Shown here: one piece after another, positions 53,901 to 64,000 of the stretch
How the letters are laid out: every line of letters starts with the position of its first letter
Numbering within the stretch: position 1 is the stretch's first letter
From: Owenia fusiformis
Taxonomy: Eukaryota
NCBI GenBank assembly: GCA_903813345.2
Contig: CAIIXF020000001.1
Span: 23,994,001-24,058,000, forward strand
Direction of reading: 5' to 3'
Length of the DNA: 64,000 bases
The notes under the pieces: generated by a model
Told to the model about the DNA's origin: nothing
Databases searched by the model: none
Seen by the model: only the letters and a program-made list of their open reading frames with translations
Made by a program: the position numbers and the translations under genes

Positions 53901-56900
53901 AGTTATTTGAAGAGACAGCTAGGAATCACAACTTTGTAATATTTTTAGTTTACAAAAATTATTGTATCTTCATTAGAACTTGCTGAATTTTGGCATTTCT
54001 GCGTCTCAAACCTTTCTACCATCATGTATGCTAAAACATCTCTAATTCAGGGAAAAATGTCATTCATTGACTAGTTTTCTTGTTTAAAAGAGTTCACATG
54101 AATTGATTTAGAGAAAGCATATCAACAAGGAATAACATATTCGTTCAATGACTATTGTATTACTGTGTAGTACATGTTCTAACTGAATTTCTGCATATCT
54201 CTTATTTCTATGTCATGTTTGTAGGAGTTTGGCAGGGGCACTGTGCTAAGGTTCTTATGTAGTACCCCCGAATCTCTGGGGCAGTTGAAGTACATACGTA
54301 TGTGGCATGATAACTCAGGTGGGGGAGAGAATTCATCTTGGTATCTGGCTAGAGTTCTGGTCCAGGACATTCAGACTGATGATACGTAAGTTGCATGAGA
54401 ACTTTGAACTCACACAACAGATTCAGAGGAAAATCGTAATTTTAGGCCTATCTTTCAATTCATACATTCATAATTCATTATTTGAAATATGAAATGAATA
54501 GATTTAGACTTGTACAAGTAAGCTAAAAACTAACTTTTGCAGATTTGTGTTTGTCTGTGGTAAATGGCTTGGTGTAGAGATGGGTGATGGTGAGATAGAA
54601 CGTTTGATTCCCGCAGCAGAGTCTGACACTTTACGTACATTCAATCATCTATTTGACGACAATGCAAGGAAGCGAGTCACTGAAGACCATCTTTGGTTCT
54701 CTATTCTGATGCGTCCTCAAAGGAGTAACTTCACCAGAGTCCAGAGAGTCTCATGTTGTCTCTCACTCTTGTTTCTCACTATGATTGCTAACTGTATGTT
54801 CTTTGGCCAAGAGAATGCTGTTGATAACCCTATGGTGATCTCTGTTGGTCCATTGAGCTTTGGCATACACACTATTTGGATATCATTTATTAGTATCCTA
54901 GTAGTGATGCCTGTCAGTCTAGTGTGTGTTGAGCTGTTTAAAAGAGCAAGACCTAGGAAAACTCAGATAGGCACAGGTGTTAACCCAACAGATTCGGGCG
55001 ATGAGAAACCAATCGGTTGCTGCAATAAACTTCTTCATAATGTCCCAATAAGAGGCCGTGTGTACATGCCTATTGACCAAGAGGAAAAAACGTTGCCTTA
55101 CTGGGTTGCCTATATAGGATGGACATTGGTAGTTCTGTCTGTTGTTGCATCAGGTTTCTTCATTCTGCTCTATACGCAGCAATGGGGGGAGGAAAAGTCA
55201 AGTCAGTGGCTGAGCACCTTCATGCTCTCATTTTTCCAGTCCCTCCTCGTCATGGACCCTGTCAAGGTATGTTACAGTCATTTGAAATTTGAATTGTTTT
55301 ATTACAGCTAAGCACATATATTTTGTAAAGAATGATGAAGATTATGAAAGAAACCCTTATGATGACAGTATAATGTTACCAAATTGGATAGTTGCTCACA
55401 GTTTTAATAAGCTCTGAATTTTTGAGTGCCTTATCTCATATTGAAAAACATGTCCAGGCATGAACGAATGATATTATTATTATGTCACCACCAAAAGTGG
55501 TGGTGACATATTGTTATGGTCTCCGTTTTTTTATGTCACCACCAAAAGTGGTGGTGACATATTGTTATGGTCTCCGTTTTTTTGCGACGGCGGTTGGCGT
55601 CCGGCGGTTGGAGGTTGGCGTCCGGCGGTTGGCGTCCGGCGTCTGTAACAATTTCTTACAACTTCCTATAACTTAACAAATACTGTTTAGACTGACTTCA
55701 ATTTTTTTCTAAATCATCTACATGTTCTCAGAAGTTCAAATCTGACTTTAGATTTGACATTTGACCTTCAATGACCTTCTCAAGGTCAAAAAGGTCTTTT
55801 TTCAACTTGCTTCACATTGACTAAATTTTTTTTCAAAATCATCTACATGTTCTCAGAAATTCAAATCTGACTTTAGATTTGTCTCTAGATTTGACATTTG
55901 ACCTTCAAACCTGACTTTAGATTTGACATTTGACCTTCAATGACCTTCTCAAGGTCAAAAAAGGTCAAAAAGGTCTGTTTTCAACTTGCTTCAAATTGAC
56001 TAAATTTTTTTTTCAAAATCATCTACATGTTCTCAGAAATTCAAATCTGACTTAAGATTTGACTTAAGATTTGACATTTGACCTTCAATGACCTTCTCAA
56101 GGTCAAAAAGGTCTGTTTTCAACTTGCTTCAAATTGACTAAAAAATTTTTTCAAAATCATCTACGTGTTCTCAGGAATTCAAATCTGACTTTAGATTTGA
56201 CTTAAGATTTGACATTTGACCTTCAATGACCTTCTCAAAGTCAAAAAAGGTCAAAAAGGTCTTTTTTCAACTTGCTTCAAATTGACTAAATTTTTTTTTC
56301 AAAATCATCTACATGTTCTCAGAAATTCAAATCTGACTTTAGATTTGACATTTGACCTTCAATGACCTTCTCAATGTCAAAAAAGGTCAAAAAGGTATTA
56401 TTTCATCTTGCTTCAAATTGACTAAATTTTTTTTTCAAAATCATCTACATGTTTTCAGAAATTCAAATATGACTTTAGATTTGACATTTGACCTTCAATG
56501 ACCTTCTCAAGGTCAAAAAAGGTCAAAAAGGTCTTTTTTCAACTTGCTTCAAATTGACTAATTTTTTTTTCAAAATCATCTACATGTTCTCAGAAATTCA
56601 AATCTGACTTTAGATTTGACTTTTGACCTTTAATGACCTTCTCAAGGTCATAAAAGATCTGTTTTTAACTTGCTTCAAATTGACCAATTTTTTTTTTCAA
56701 AATCATCTACATCTTTTCAGAAGTTCAAATTTGACTTTACAAGTTCTCAGAAGTTCAAATCTGACTTTAGATTTGACCTTTGACCTTCAATGACCTTCTC
56801 AAGGTCAAAAAGGTCTTTTTTCAACTTGCTTCAAATTGACTAATTTTTTGTCAATGACCTTTTCAAGGTCAAAAATGTCTTTTTTCAACTTGCTTCAAAT

Positions 56901-59900
56901 TTACTTAATTTTTTTTCAAAATCATCTACATGTTCTCAGAAGTTCAAATCTGACTTTACATTTGACCTTCAATGACCTTCTCAATGTCAAAAAAAGTCAA
57001 AGAGGTATTTTTTCAACTTGCTTCAAATTGACGAATTTTTTTTTCAAAATCATCTACATGTTCTAAGAAGTTCAAATCAAACCTTCTTAAGGTCAAAAGG
57101 TATTTTCCAACTTGCTTTAAATTGACCAAATTGTTTTAGGTGGTGACATTTTGTCATGTTAATGCCTTGTTAATAGTTTGCTGTGTGTAAAATTCACCAA
57201 TTGGACAATCCATTCATAAATTCCGAAATGTAGCACTTGTTTTCTCACATTATAGGTGGCAGTTATAGCAGCTGCCCTGTCAATCATATTCCGTAAGCCA
57301 CGCCTTATTGGAGACACAATTGAGATGAACACCCTGAAGGAAGATGAAGAATACATACAGCAAAACACATCAGAGAGGAATGCTGGTCCGTATTCATAAA
57401 TGCCACCTATAGAGTACATGTATACCAAACCTGACAACTAATTCAAATCTTATTATTGGGATAACCTCTGGTGAATTGGTGGTAAAGAATGCAGATACTG
57501 GAAACTATGACTCTTACGGCTTACATTGACCTTGAGAAATACATAATGTAGGCTAAGGTCGATAGAACTAATTTCTAAATATAGTACATACAAGGCAAAT
57601 CATCACCAACCTTTGTATGAGTGTAAATGTAATATGTTGTAATGAGCAAAGTATGAGTTCAAATTACTTTTTATTTTCAGCTACAAGAGCCAAATACTAT
57701 AAGCCAATGAGCAAAAGAAAAATCAGAGAATTTCGAAAGGAGCGTCACAGGGAGATAGCTCTTCAAGGGCTCACCAGGGAGATTGTGCTCTACGTTATCT
57801 TTATGTGGATAATATACAGCATCAGTCAGAGTAACCGAGATGACATGAGTTACCGTATCACTGAGGTCCTCAGTAAATCCATACTGGATGATCTCACCAC
57901 TTCAATGAAACCAGAGGGATTTTATGAGGTAGTCTATAGAACACTTATAAAAGTTGATTCTTTTATTTTGTTTTATGTTTGTGTGGGTATGTTATACTTA
58001 GAGAATGTTTTTTTATGATTTTCAAATACTTCTTCTCAAAGTGTATGCTTTTGCTATATTCAAATGAAACATACATGTATTTGATACATTTTTCATCCTA
58101 AAGAGTAGAATTCTTCGATAATGCACTTTGAATAAAATGAATTCAATATGGCTGCCCAAATATAAGAAACTTTCACTTTTCAGACATCAAGCTGTTACTG
58201 ATTTGCTAAGTTCATTTTCAAATACACGAATTCATAGAAATTTCTTCCACCTTGAAGACATATTACTCCCACCTCCGTTCACTCCCCCCTCCGTTCAATT
58301 TCAATTATTTTTGATTATTTTTTATGTATCGTTTGGAAGATTATTTTAAAAAACCAGCAATGACAATAATTTTGTGATAAAAACATAGCTGATATATATT
58401 TATTACACGTCATGCAGACAATTGTTGCTTGATTTATAGCAAAAACATTGACATTTGCACGTTGTTGATTCTGCGCCTTTTTTAATAGATCTGGTATCTT
58501 AGAAGTCCATCACTTCAAAAAAATCCTAGAAGACCTAACACATTTCCCCGTGTACTGCGCCTATTCATTTAGCAATTCAATTGTAAGCTTTCTCTTGAAA
58601 AAATAAATCTTGGAGATTTGTTGAATTTTCTAGTGAAAATCAGTGGCCCGGTCGTGATTATAAATATTATGTTCATAATATCAGCAATTATGAGTCATAG
58701 TAACATATTTGAAAACACAGCGCAGACTGAACAGCATCATAACCTTGAATAGACAGTTCACAGGATGGAAAGTCCAAAATGGCCACCATATCCTTTACCC
58801 AGAATGCCCAAAAGCTTATAAGTTATAGAGTTTATTCCAAGAAACATCCCAACATTTCAGATGAATACATGAAATGATTTGGTTGCAAAGGGTGCGATAA
58901 TAATACTTGGGGAACTTGGCTTACTTGTTGTAGCTCGAAAAGTGAATTATCTATTTTTGAAAATTGGCAAGCTTTTGAACCAGTCATAGTTTACTTCCTG
59001 CGAAAGCTATTTGGATTTTGATATAATAGCTTTCCCACGGCGCATTTGAACAGCTGAATGATAGTGACCTTTGAAATCGAATTAAGTCGATCAGCGGCTT
59101 ACTTTTGGTCTCTAACTGTGTCTTACATCAGTATCATCGAATCCGTGTAAGTATTAGAGCACTGAAATACTTCTTTTTCGATCAAGACTTGTAAATTGTT
59201 CATCGAGTGAATGTTTTTTAGACCTATTTCCAATATGGCGGTTTGCTAGGAGCGAGATACGCAACGAACGAAATGAATTTTGAGAATTAGTTAGGTTCGG
59301 ACAACCTCTGGAGATTTACGAAAATGTCCGAGCAGAAAATGCCATATTGGAATTTGGCAGTAAAAACATTCACTCGACAAACAATTACAAGTCTTGATCG
59401 AAAAGGAAGTACTTCAGCGCTCCAATACTTGCACAGAAGGATGATAATGATGTATAACATAGTTAGAGAACAAAAGTAGGCCGCTGATCGACTTAATTCG
59501 ACTTCAAAGGTCACTATTAATCAGCTGTCCACTTCCCCGTTTGAGAGCCATAAGTTTCAAAATCTCACATGGCTCTCGAAGTGAGTAAGTCATAGTCTCT
59601 TTTGATGAATGAATAATGACAGACAGACCAACAGATAAGTTAGTGATTGTAATAACTCACCATGTGAGCTAATAACCACATCAAGGTGATCTAAAGTAAA
59701 AAGTAAGGGGTCAATGTCATCTTGGCCTAGTTTTTTAAGAATGTTTATCTAATGTTGTTATTGTGATAAACCTATTTGGCCATAGTTACGGAGGAATTCA
59801 GTATTACCATACTGTAAATCTTCGACATTGACTTGAACATTGGCAGGTAGTGTCTCATATGTATCTTCATTTGTTGTTTCATTTGCTGTACTTGTGTCAT

Positions 59901-62900
59901 TCAAATTTAGGCCTTCATTCCCTCTAGCATCTGTTGTTGTGTCCTGTTTCTTCTGAGGACTTCTTTTTAATATGAAGCATAGTGCAACAGTTACTCCTAT
60001 AACAGTTCCAAGTGCGGCTCCCAGTGAGACACCGAGAATAAGAAGGGAAGTCTGCAGCGCAGATTTCTCCTGTTCATATTGCCTCAATTTCTGTAGACAC
60101 ACATCTGTTTTCTCAGTTGAATCAGACACTGTTGGAGTTGAACCAGACACTGCTGGAGTTGAACCAGACACTGTTGGAGTTGAATCAGATGATACTGCTG
60201 GAGTTGAATCAGATGATACTGCTGGAGTCAAATCAGATGATACTGCTGGAGTTGAATCAGATGATACTGCTGGAGTCGAATCAGATGATACTGCTGGAGT
60301 TGAATCAGATGATACTGCTGGAGTTGAATCAGATGATACTGCTGGAGTTGAATCAGATGATACTGCTGGAGTTGAATCAGATGATACTGCTGGAGTTGAA
60401 TCAGATGATACTATTGGAGTTGAATCAGATGATACTATTGGAGTTTCAGCAGAGGATCTTGTTGGAGTTTCAGCAGATGATGGTGCTGATGATACTGTTG
60501 GAAATGTATCAAAAATAACTTCATGAGTTGAATCGGATGATACTATTGGAGTTGAAACAGATGATACTATTGGAGTTGAATCAGATGATACTATTGGAGT
60601 TGAAACAGATGATACTGTTAGAGTTGAATCAGATGATTCTGTTGGAGGTAAATCAGAATGTACAGTTGGAGAAACTGGATACCTTGTTGAAAGAGGATAC
60701 TTTGTAGATGAATGGGTGGCGGCTGTACTTGTGGTTGATAATGTTGTTGTAGAAAGGTCTTCTCTTGTGTCATGCTGGAGCACATAAACATCAAAGCTAC
60801 CTCCAGTGGTAACATACTCAAAGTCATATTTAGCATTTGGTAACTTGGCACAGAATCTGAGGTCACAAATGACTGATGTTGAATCACTGTAATAGTTGAT
60901 GACGGGAGCCCCACGTTCACATGCATATAGCATGCATTGTCTCAGATCCCTAGCATCAGGGATGACAAGTGACCTATCACAGTTAGACTTGTAGCATTGA
61001 ATTTTTGATTTATGAATGACAAAGATTGATGAATTACAGCTTGGTGTACCTGGATACGGTGGAATTAGCGTTCTATACGTGCTTCCAGATGTGCAGTTTA
61101 TGTCATTGTTGTATGATATGTGCCAGTCAGTTCCTTCAAAGTTTTCGTAGCAATTATAGACTGAGATTGATGACCATATAAATGGTTGAAGTACAAAGTT
61201 TGACTCAGAAGTACAGTAGCTGTCCTTCAAACCAATAGTGTAATATCCTTTAAGGGATGTTATGTTAGGGGATGGTATTTGTGTTTCTACCCAATATTTA
61301 CTATCATACGGAGACAATGTGTGCTCTAAGCCATACACGGAAACTGCTTCATTGTTTGTGGTGGTGGTAAATTCAAAGGCATAGTCGTTAGTTGAAGTAT
61401 CCCATTTACAATGCTTTATTTCACATCTTGGTGTTACATCAAAGTAGAAGTTCAGGGTATTTGCCTTGTCATCACATGCAGCTTTCATACATTCTCGTAA
61501 ACCTTTACCCGTCACTGTTCTGATAAGGTAACAGTTGGATTTAACATCATTGTTCCATGTTCGCCTCATGAAATAGGAATTCTGACATCTTGGGACATAG
61601 TGATGTGGTCTCACGTATGTTTTGCCATTGTATGAACCAGGATTCCATTCATATTCCCATTCAGTTTTGTTTATGTTGGAACCACATTTGCCAGCACGAC
61701 AGTGGCCATTGTTGCTGTCAAAGTAAAGCCAATTGGCATTCATGGCACACGCTTCAATGAAACATTGTTCCTTTGTTTGCTCATAGAGATAAAAGAGAGT
61801 GCAACCAGGTAACCCTCCAATTACATGGGATGATCGTTGTCTTGACAACAGAAAGTCACCGCAGAAGCTATCTTCTACAATAGAAAATTCAAAAACAAAA
61901 TTATACACAGCATACAGTAGTATGTAAATTTACAATGTGCCAATGTAAATATAAGTATACTTTAGTGTTTTATTGGTTTTATGCTACTACTATTTTAGCT
62001 TATTGAACGAGAAACTCACCTTTACATATTGCTGAGGCAGCATCCACTCTAAGATACTTAACTCCAAATATTACACAGAGAAAAAATAAATTCATTGTTG
62101 TATTTACAATTTCATACAATGTATTTTAAAAAGTGACCCTTACTGTAGAAATATTTTGATGAGCACTTAATGTGTATTAATGTGTCCTTTGACATTCATG
62201 ATCTCTACTCATATTCACGCTCACAATACACCTAGTGTGCAAACATCCTTAAAGGCTATTGTTTTGAAATTATGGATTACATCCTTATATCAAGAACAAT
62301 AAAGGATTTTTGGATTATGATAAATTGAAATTGGCATTCAAATTGACCTGAATAAAATCAACCAAAACTAATATTTCTCAATAAAAATACATTTTGAAAT
62401 CAACTGTCAGATATTTTGCTTTACAATTTTTTTTAGCGAATGGTAATATACAGTAGTCAGGGCCTTTAAGGAAGATTTGAATTCGATTGCCATTCAGAAT
62501 TGCCTTGTATGTTTCAAATAGCAAAATAATAACTACTGACATGATGAATAAATTAATTTTAAAAACTATTTTATTTTACTAAAGTGTCATTAAATTTCTC
62601 TCAATGTAAGAAGGAAATAAATCAAAATGGCAAAGTTGGGTTGGTCAAGAGCCTTAAACATACAATCTGGACTTTAAAGGCCGAGGTTTTGAAAAATGAG
62701 TAAACTAAGACTCATAACATGTATTTTAAGCCTTTTATTTTGAGTAAATTCTCGTTTTTCTTTTCAGACCAACACCAGAAAGAAGTTTATGGAATGGATG
62801 GATGAGGAGCTACTCCCTGTCATGTTTGCAGATGTCGACTATAAAGGGGACAAACTCACCTGGAAGGACCAGTTGTACATGGAGGACCTTGCCAACTTCA

Positions 62901-64000
62901 GAGTAGGACCTATGAGACTGAGACAGTTACGACAGAAGGAAGGTATATGACTGTGCACTCTAAAGTTGTTTTAAATTGTTGAAATGTTTAATGGCACTTT
63001 GAAAAAATATTCGCACTACATGTATGTTTTTTATTATTTTTTATTGCGCTTTTATATACTTCCTCTTTTATACTTCCTTTAGTGCATTTGTTAAATTTCC
63101 ATATATTTTGCTATGGCCTCTTGTGTATCTGTTGAAATTGAAATTAGTTAAGAATAAGGAATCTCAAGACTTGCCTTTCAACTTACTCCAATGTAAAACA
63201 AGAGTACATGTATTGTTAATGTTATATTACTCATACAAACTCTTCCCATAGTAACAACTGGTGCTAGGTATTTATTAATGGCAATGATTCATTTCAATTG
63301 GCAAAATATAACATGTTGACTAGGAAGGTTATAACTTATAAATGATACCCATTGTTTAATATGTGTTTCTAGATTTAAGTGAACCTAATACCCTGGAGCC
63401 AAATGTGGTTGTTAATACCACCGATGGAACACCAACATGTGAAAGAGCAAAATATGGCTGGTACGAGTTTGGCAATGAAGAAGATAGAGACTTTTGTCTG
63501 GGTTGGAAGTCTCAGCCCTGTCCCCCTGCGGAGGCTCCCTATAGCTGGTCATCACCTGCTTGGAACTACACATCTGCCTTTGATGTCTGGGGTATCCCAA
63601 TCCTTGGTTTGGTAGACACCTACAGTGGTGGTGGATACATAGCTACCTTGGATACCACATACCCTATTGCTAGACTGACTCTCAATGAAATGTGGAAGAA
63701 CTTTTGGATTGATCGTCAAACCAGAGTTGTGTTCATTGAGTTTACTGTATATAATGCCAACATCAATATCTTCACAGTAGTAACCTTGATGGCTGAGTTC
63801 CCTGCCAGTGGGGGTATCATACCCTATGCTACTCTGCACTCGTTCAGGCTCTATATGCATGAGGGTGCACAAGGACTGTACAATCTGGCCTGCGAAATCA
63901 TATTCATTATATTCCTGGGGTACCTCATATACCAGCAGTTCAATGTGTGTAGGCGTGTAGGACGTAAGGGCTATTTCAGCGCAGGCTGGCACGTTTTTGA
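26981..64000 (+). CDS. Polycystin-1-like / REJ-domain protein (PKD1L/PKDREJ family); 3' end lies beyond the window
   Basis: Phase-consistent exons: 26981-27071 (signal peptide MKVVLCVLYGLIIWHEHVSA), 27543-27659, 29122-29483, 30136-30514, 31444-~31652, 31891-32065, 39288-39414, 39990-44297, 44462-44625, 44893-45072, 45524-45652, 46061-46185, 46518-46724, 47663-47749, 47886-48026, 49515-49614, 50017-50171, 50506-50736, 51182-51387, 51576-51817, 52421-52668, 53046-53285, 53651-53821, 54225-54385, 54543-55266, 57256-57385, 57681-57928, 62768-62942, 63373->64000. Motifs: PKD repeats (WTYGD, DYGDG, WEFGDD), REJ (DPD..YSWTC, CRANC), GPS-like C-W-GC...CDC, PLAT (VYTGMRRGAGTKS, IRMWHDNSG), HLWFSI..RSNFTRVQRVSC, RLRQLR, YSGGGY, WIDRQTRVVFIEF. 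The first six exons are less certain than the rest. Confidence 0.9.
28520..29049. mobile_element. Palindromic MITE with long imperfect TIRs
   Basis: aaagttccatgtgcattatggcaagt...catatctttcaccatgag versus ctcatggtgaaagatatg...acttgccataatgcacatggaacttt; complementarity extends >100 bp. TSD not resolved. Confidence 0.8.
30733..31233. mobile_element. Degenerate MITE; a shorter related copy lies at ~24935-25037
   Basis: ttgccccaag...ttttacttatctgatcttgaatcattacc versus gaaatcaagacaagtaaaa...cttggggcaa. The same tacttatctgatcttgaa motif with inverted partner occurs at ~24963-25010. Confidence 0.5.
32438..32620 (+). mobile_element. tRNA-derived SINE remnant
   Basis: A-box-like gagctaaatggtaa followed by B-box ggttcaaatcc; spacing too short and no cloverleaf, so not a tRNA gene. 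Confidence 0.45.
33047..33200 (-). mobile_element. 3' tail fragment of a CR1/L2-type LINE
   Basis: Minus strand reads ctgggcctctaggaagaccag...gggctacccagaataaa followed by a (caaat)n tail, i.e. a stem-loop plus short tandem tail. Confidence 0.5.
33230..33920. mobile_element. Degenerate inverted-repeat element(s)
   Basis: ~100-bp arms at ~33245-33347 and ~33778-33885 are reverse complements (ctccatgcaat / attgcatggag; acttctgtttgaagt / acttcaaacagaagt). A second pair is ctgtgacggagca (33537) / tgctccgtcacag (33902). Confidence 0.6.
35055..35435. repeat. GC-rich 84-bp minisatellite with alternating (168-bp) higher-order structure
   Basis: tacgccttgggggcg recurs at 35091, 35175, 35259 and 35343; alternate units carry ttaaggtgtg versus tttgggagtg. 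Confidence 0.92.
36130..37977 (-). pseudogene. Disrupted ~400-aa ORF of unknown function (MITE insertion plus one homopolymer frameshift)
   Basis: MDMLPKVVENLLELLKLQGQMFYNYKMQGNGLYTT joins in frame to ISLRFTTGEY... when 37249-37871 and one TA are removed. One extra T in the run at ~36361-36366 would join ...LDDF to VIISHDMKE... (ORF 36130-36360). Confidence 0.7.
37249..37871. mobile_element. Tc1/mariner-type MITE, 623 bp, TA TSD
   Basis: TA-CAGGGTGGGCCAAAAAAAACGCCACTTTTTTT ... AAAAAAAGTGGCGTTTTTTTTGGCCCACCCTG-TA; non-coding interior. Confidence 0.92.
38980..39058. repeat. GC-rich hairpin, probably a terminal structure of a Helitron-like repeat
   Basis: ggccaatataa...cctgagggccgtaggtcctgagg...ttatattggcc forms a long stem-loop. 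Confidence 0.45.
39573..39705 (+). mobile_element. Short HINE-like family copy
   Basis: ccaccacaagtggtgacatattgttat ... tctgtaacaaa ... gtggtgacattttgcatgtt. Confidence 0.6.
39990..44297 (+). CDS. 4.3-kb single exon of the polycystin gene (end of WSC-like region, PKD/Ig-like repeats, start of REJ)
   Basis: Core of ORF 39970-44436. Acceptor ctttatag ends at 39989; the exon ends at GC donor AG|gcaagt. Confidence 0.9.
46293..46447 (+). mobile_element. Short HINE-like family copy
   Basis: atgacaccaccaaaagtggcgac ... tctgtaacaaatggcaggtagtgacattttgcatgttaatgcct. Confidence 0.6.
47148..47557. repeat. ~270-bp-spaced direct repeat with internal inverted segments (degenerate TE)
   Basis: aaggaataaagacc...tgatttatggc...tatatgacc...gtagcgattgaggtcttt.gcaatggccagaataaaat occurs at ~47150-47281 and ~47422-47557. 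Confidence 0.65.
48830..49330 (+). mobile_element. Decayed non-LTR retrotransposon (LINE ORF2 C-terminal region)
   Basis: Broken frames read VYSYLSYGNIMWG, LFILQNKFLRIMT, PSNPIFREFKILNIFDINKFQIATFV, SIAVSGAILYNSL, typical of the post-RT region of CR1/L2-group LINEs. Confidence 0.72.
51013..51165 (+). mobile_element. Short HINE-like family copy ending just before a splice acceptor
   Basis: tatgtcaccaccacaagtggcgacattgttatggtctcc ... gtgttaatgccttgtt. Confidence 0.6.
51843..52255 (+). mobile_element. Probable Helitron/Helentron-like non-autonomous repeat
   Basis: Begins ...tctgattggtcaattagcggtc and ends with nested inverted repeats (aattgtatac..actgtaaac...aactact.tgttgac / gtcaacagtagttt...gtttacagt..gtatacaatt). 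Superfamily is inferred from structure only. Confidence 0.45.
55481..57171 (+). mobile_element. HINE/DINE-like element with duplicated 5' end, (ggcgtccggcggtt) microsatellite and an expanded ~120-140-bp satellite array (55690-57130)
   Basis: 5' hairpin tatgtcaccaccaaaagtggtggtgacata (twice, 51-bp duplication). About 11 copies of ttcaacttgcttcaaattgac...aatcatctacatgttctcagaa.ttcaaatctgactt...tgaccttcaatgaccttctcaaggtcaaa. 3' end ggtggtgacattttgtcatgttaatgccttgtt. Confidence 0.8.
59050..59528. mobile_element. Palindromic MITE-like element with ~180-bp imperfect arms
   Basis: acagctga.t.atagtgacctttgaa.tcgaattaagtcgatcagcggc ... versus gccgctgatcgacttaattcgacttcaaaggtcactattaatcagctgt. Confidence 0.8.
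59758..62095 (-). CDS. Nested gene: ~730-aa type I membrane protein (signal peptide, Cys-rich PAN/apple-like repeats, Ser/Thr/Pro mucin stalk, TM, Tyr-motif tail)
   Basis: Exon 1 62095-62020 (MNLFFLCVIFGVKYLRVDAASAICK, donor gtgag) splices in phase 1 to exon 2 61874-59758 (acceptor ttctattgtag); 2193 nt total. Three C-x3-AC-x3-A modules, (PAVSSDST)n, TM LLILGVSLGAALGTVIGVTVALCFIL-KR, tail with YETL and YGQI. Confidence 0.88.
60118..60640 (-). repeat. Coding 24-bp (and 21-bp) tandem repeat encoding the PAVSSDST mucin stalk
   Basis: (gttgaatcagatgatactgctgga)n on the plus strand; about 11 near-perfect copies plus degenerate flanks. Confidence 0.95.

Noticed and set aside
59972-60526. Plus-strand ORFs of 184 and 133 aa (GVESDDTA / LLELNQMI repeats)
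   Set aside because: Shadow frames of the 24-bp coding repeat of the minus-strand nested gene.
63552-63992. 146-aa minus-strand ORF
   Set aside because: Antisense to the conserved polycystin channel exon; no independent motif.

Overview
AT-rich animal genomic DNA (invertebrate; a lophotrochozoan-like origin is only my inference), with spliceosomal introns and no prokaryotic features. Genes: (1) the 5' end of a minus-strand gene whose N-terminus (MEVSTNLPVEGQFDDADDES) resembles RIO1 kinase, head-to-head with (2) a 21-coding-exon alpha2delta/CACHD1-family VWA + double-Cache gene (+, 4926-23645, ~1184 aa); (3) a very large PKD1-like/REJ polycystin gene (+, 26981 to beyond the window end) with a 4.3-kb exon, a GC-AG intron and a non-canonical GPS; (4) a two-exon, apparently intact ~730-aa type I membrane mucin-stalk receptor gene nested antisense in a polycystin intron (59758-62095). 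The introns hold nested mobile DNA. One is an internally deleted Academ-type (XPG-bearing) transposon with ~1.1-kb TIRs and a 3-bp TSD, itself interrupted by a foldback MITE. Another is a poly(A)-tailed insertion with a 14-bp TSD and no reverse transcriptase, carrying one orphan ORF that is restored in frame when a Tc1/mariner-type MITE is removed. There are also Helentron-associated (HINE-like) elements carrying a shared satellite, an eightfold tandem duplication of an exon end plus its splice donor, LINE/SINE remnants and several minisatellites. Exon boundaries were read by eye from GT/GC-AG sites and frame continuity; no database search was possible.
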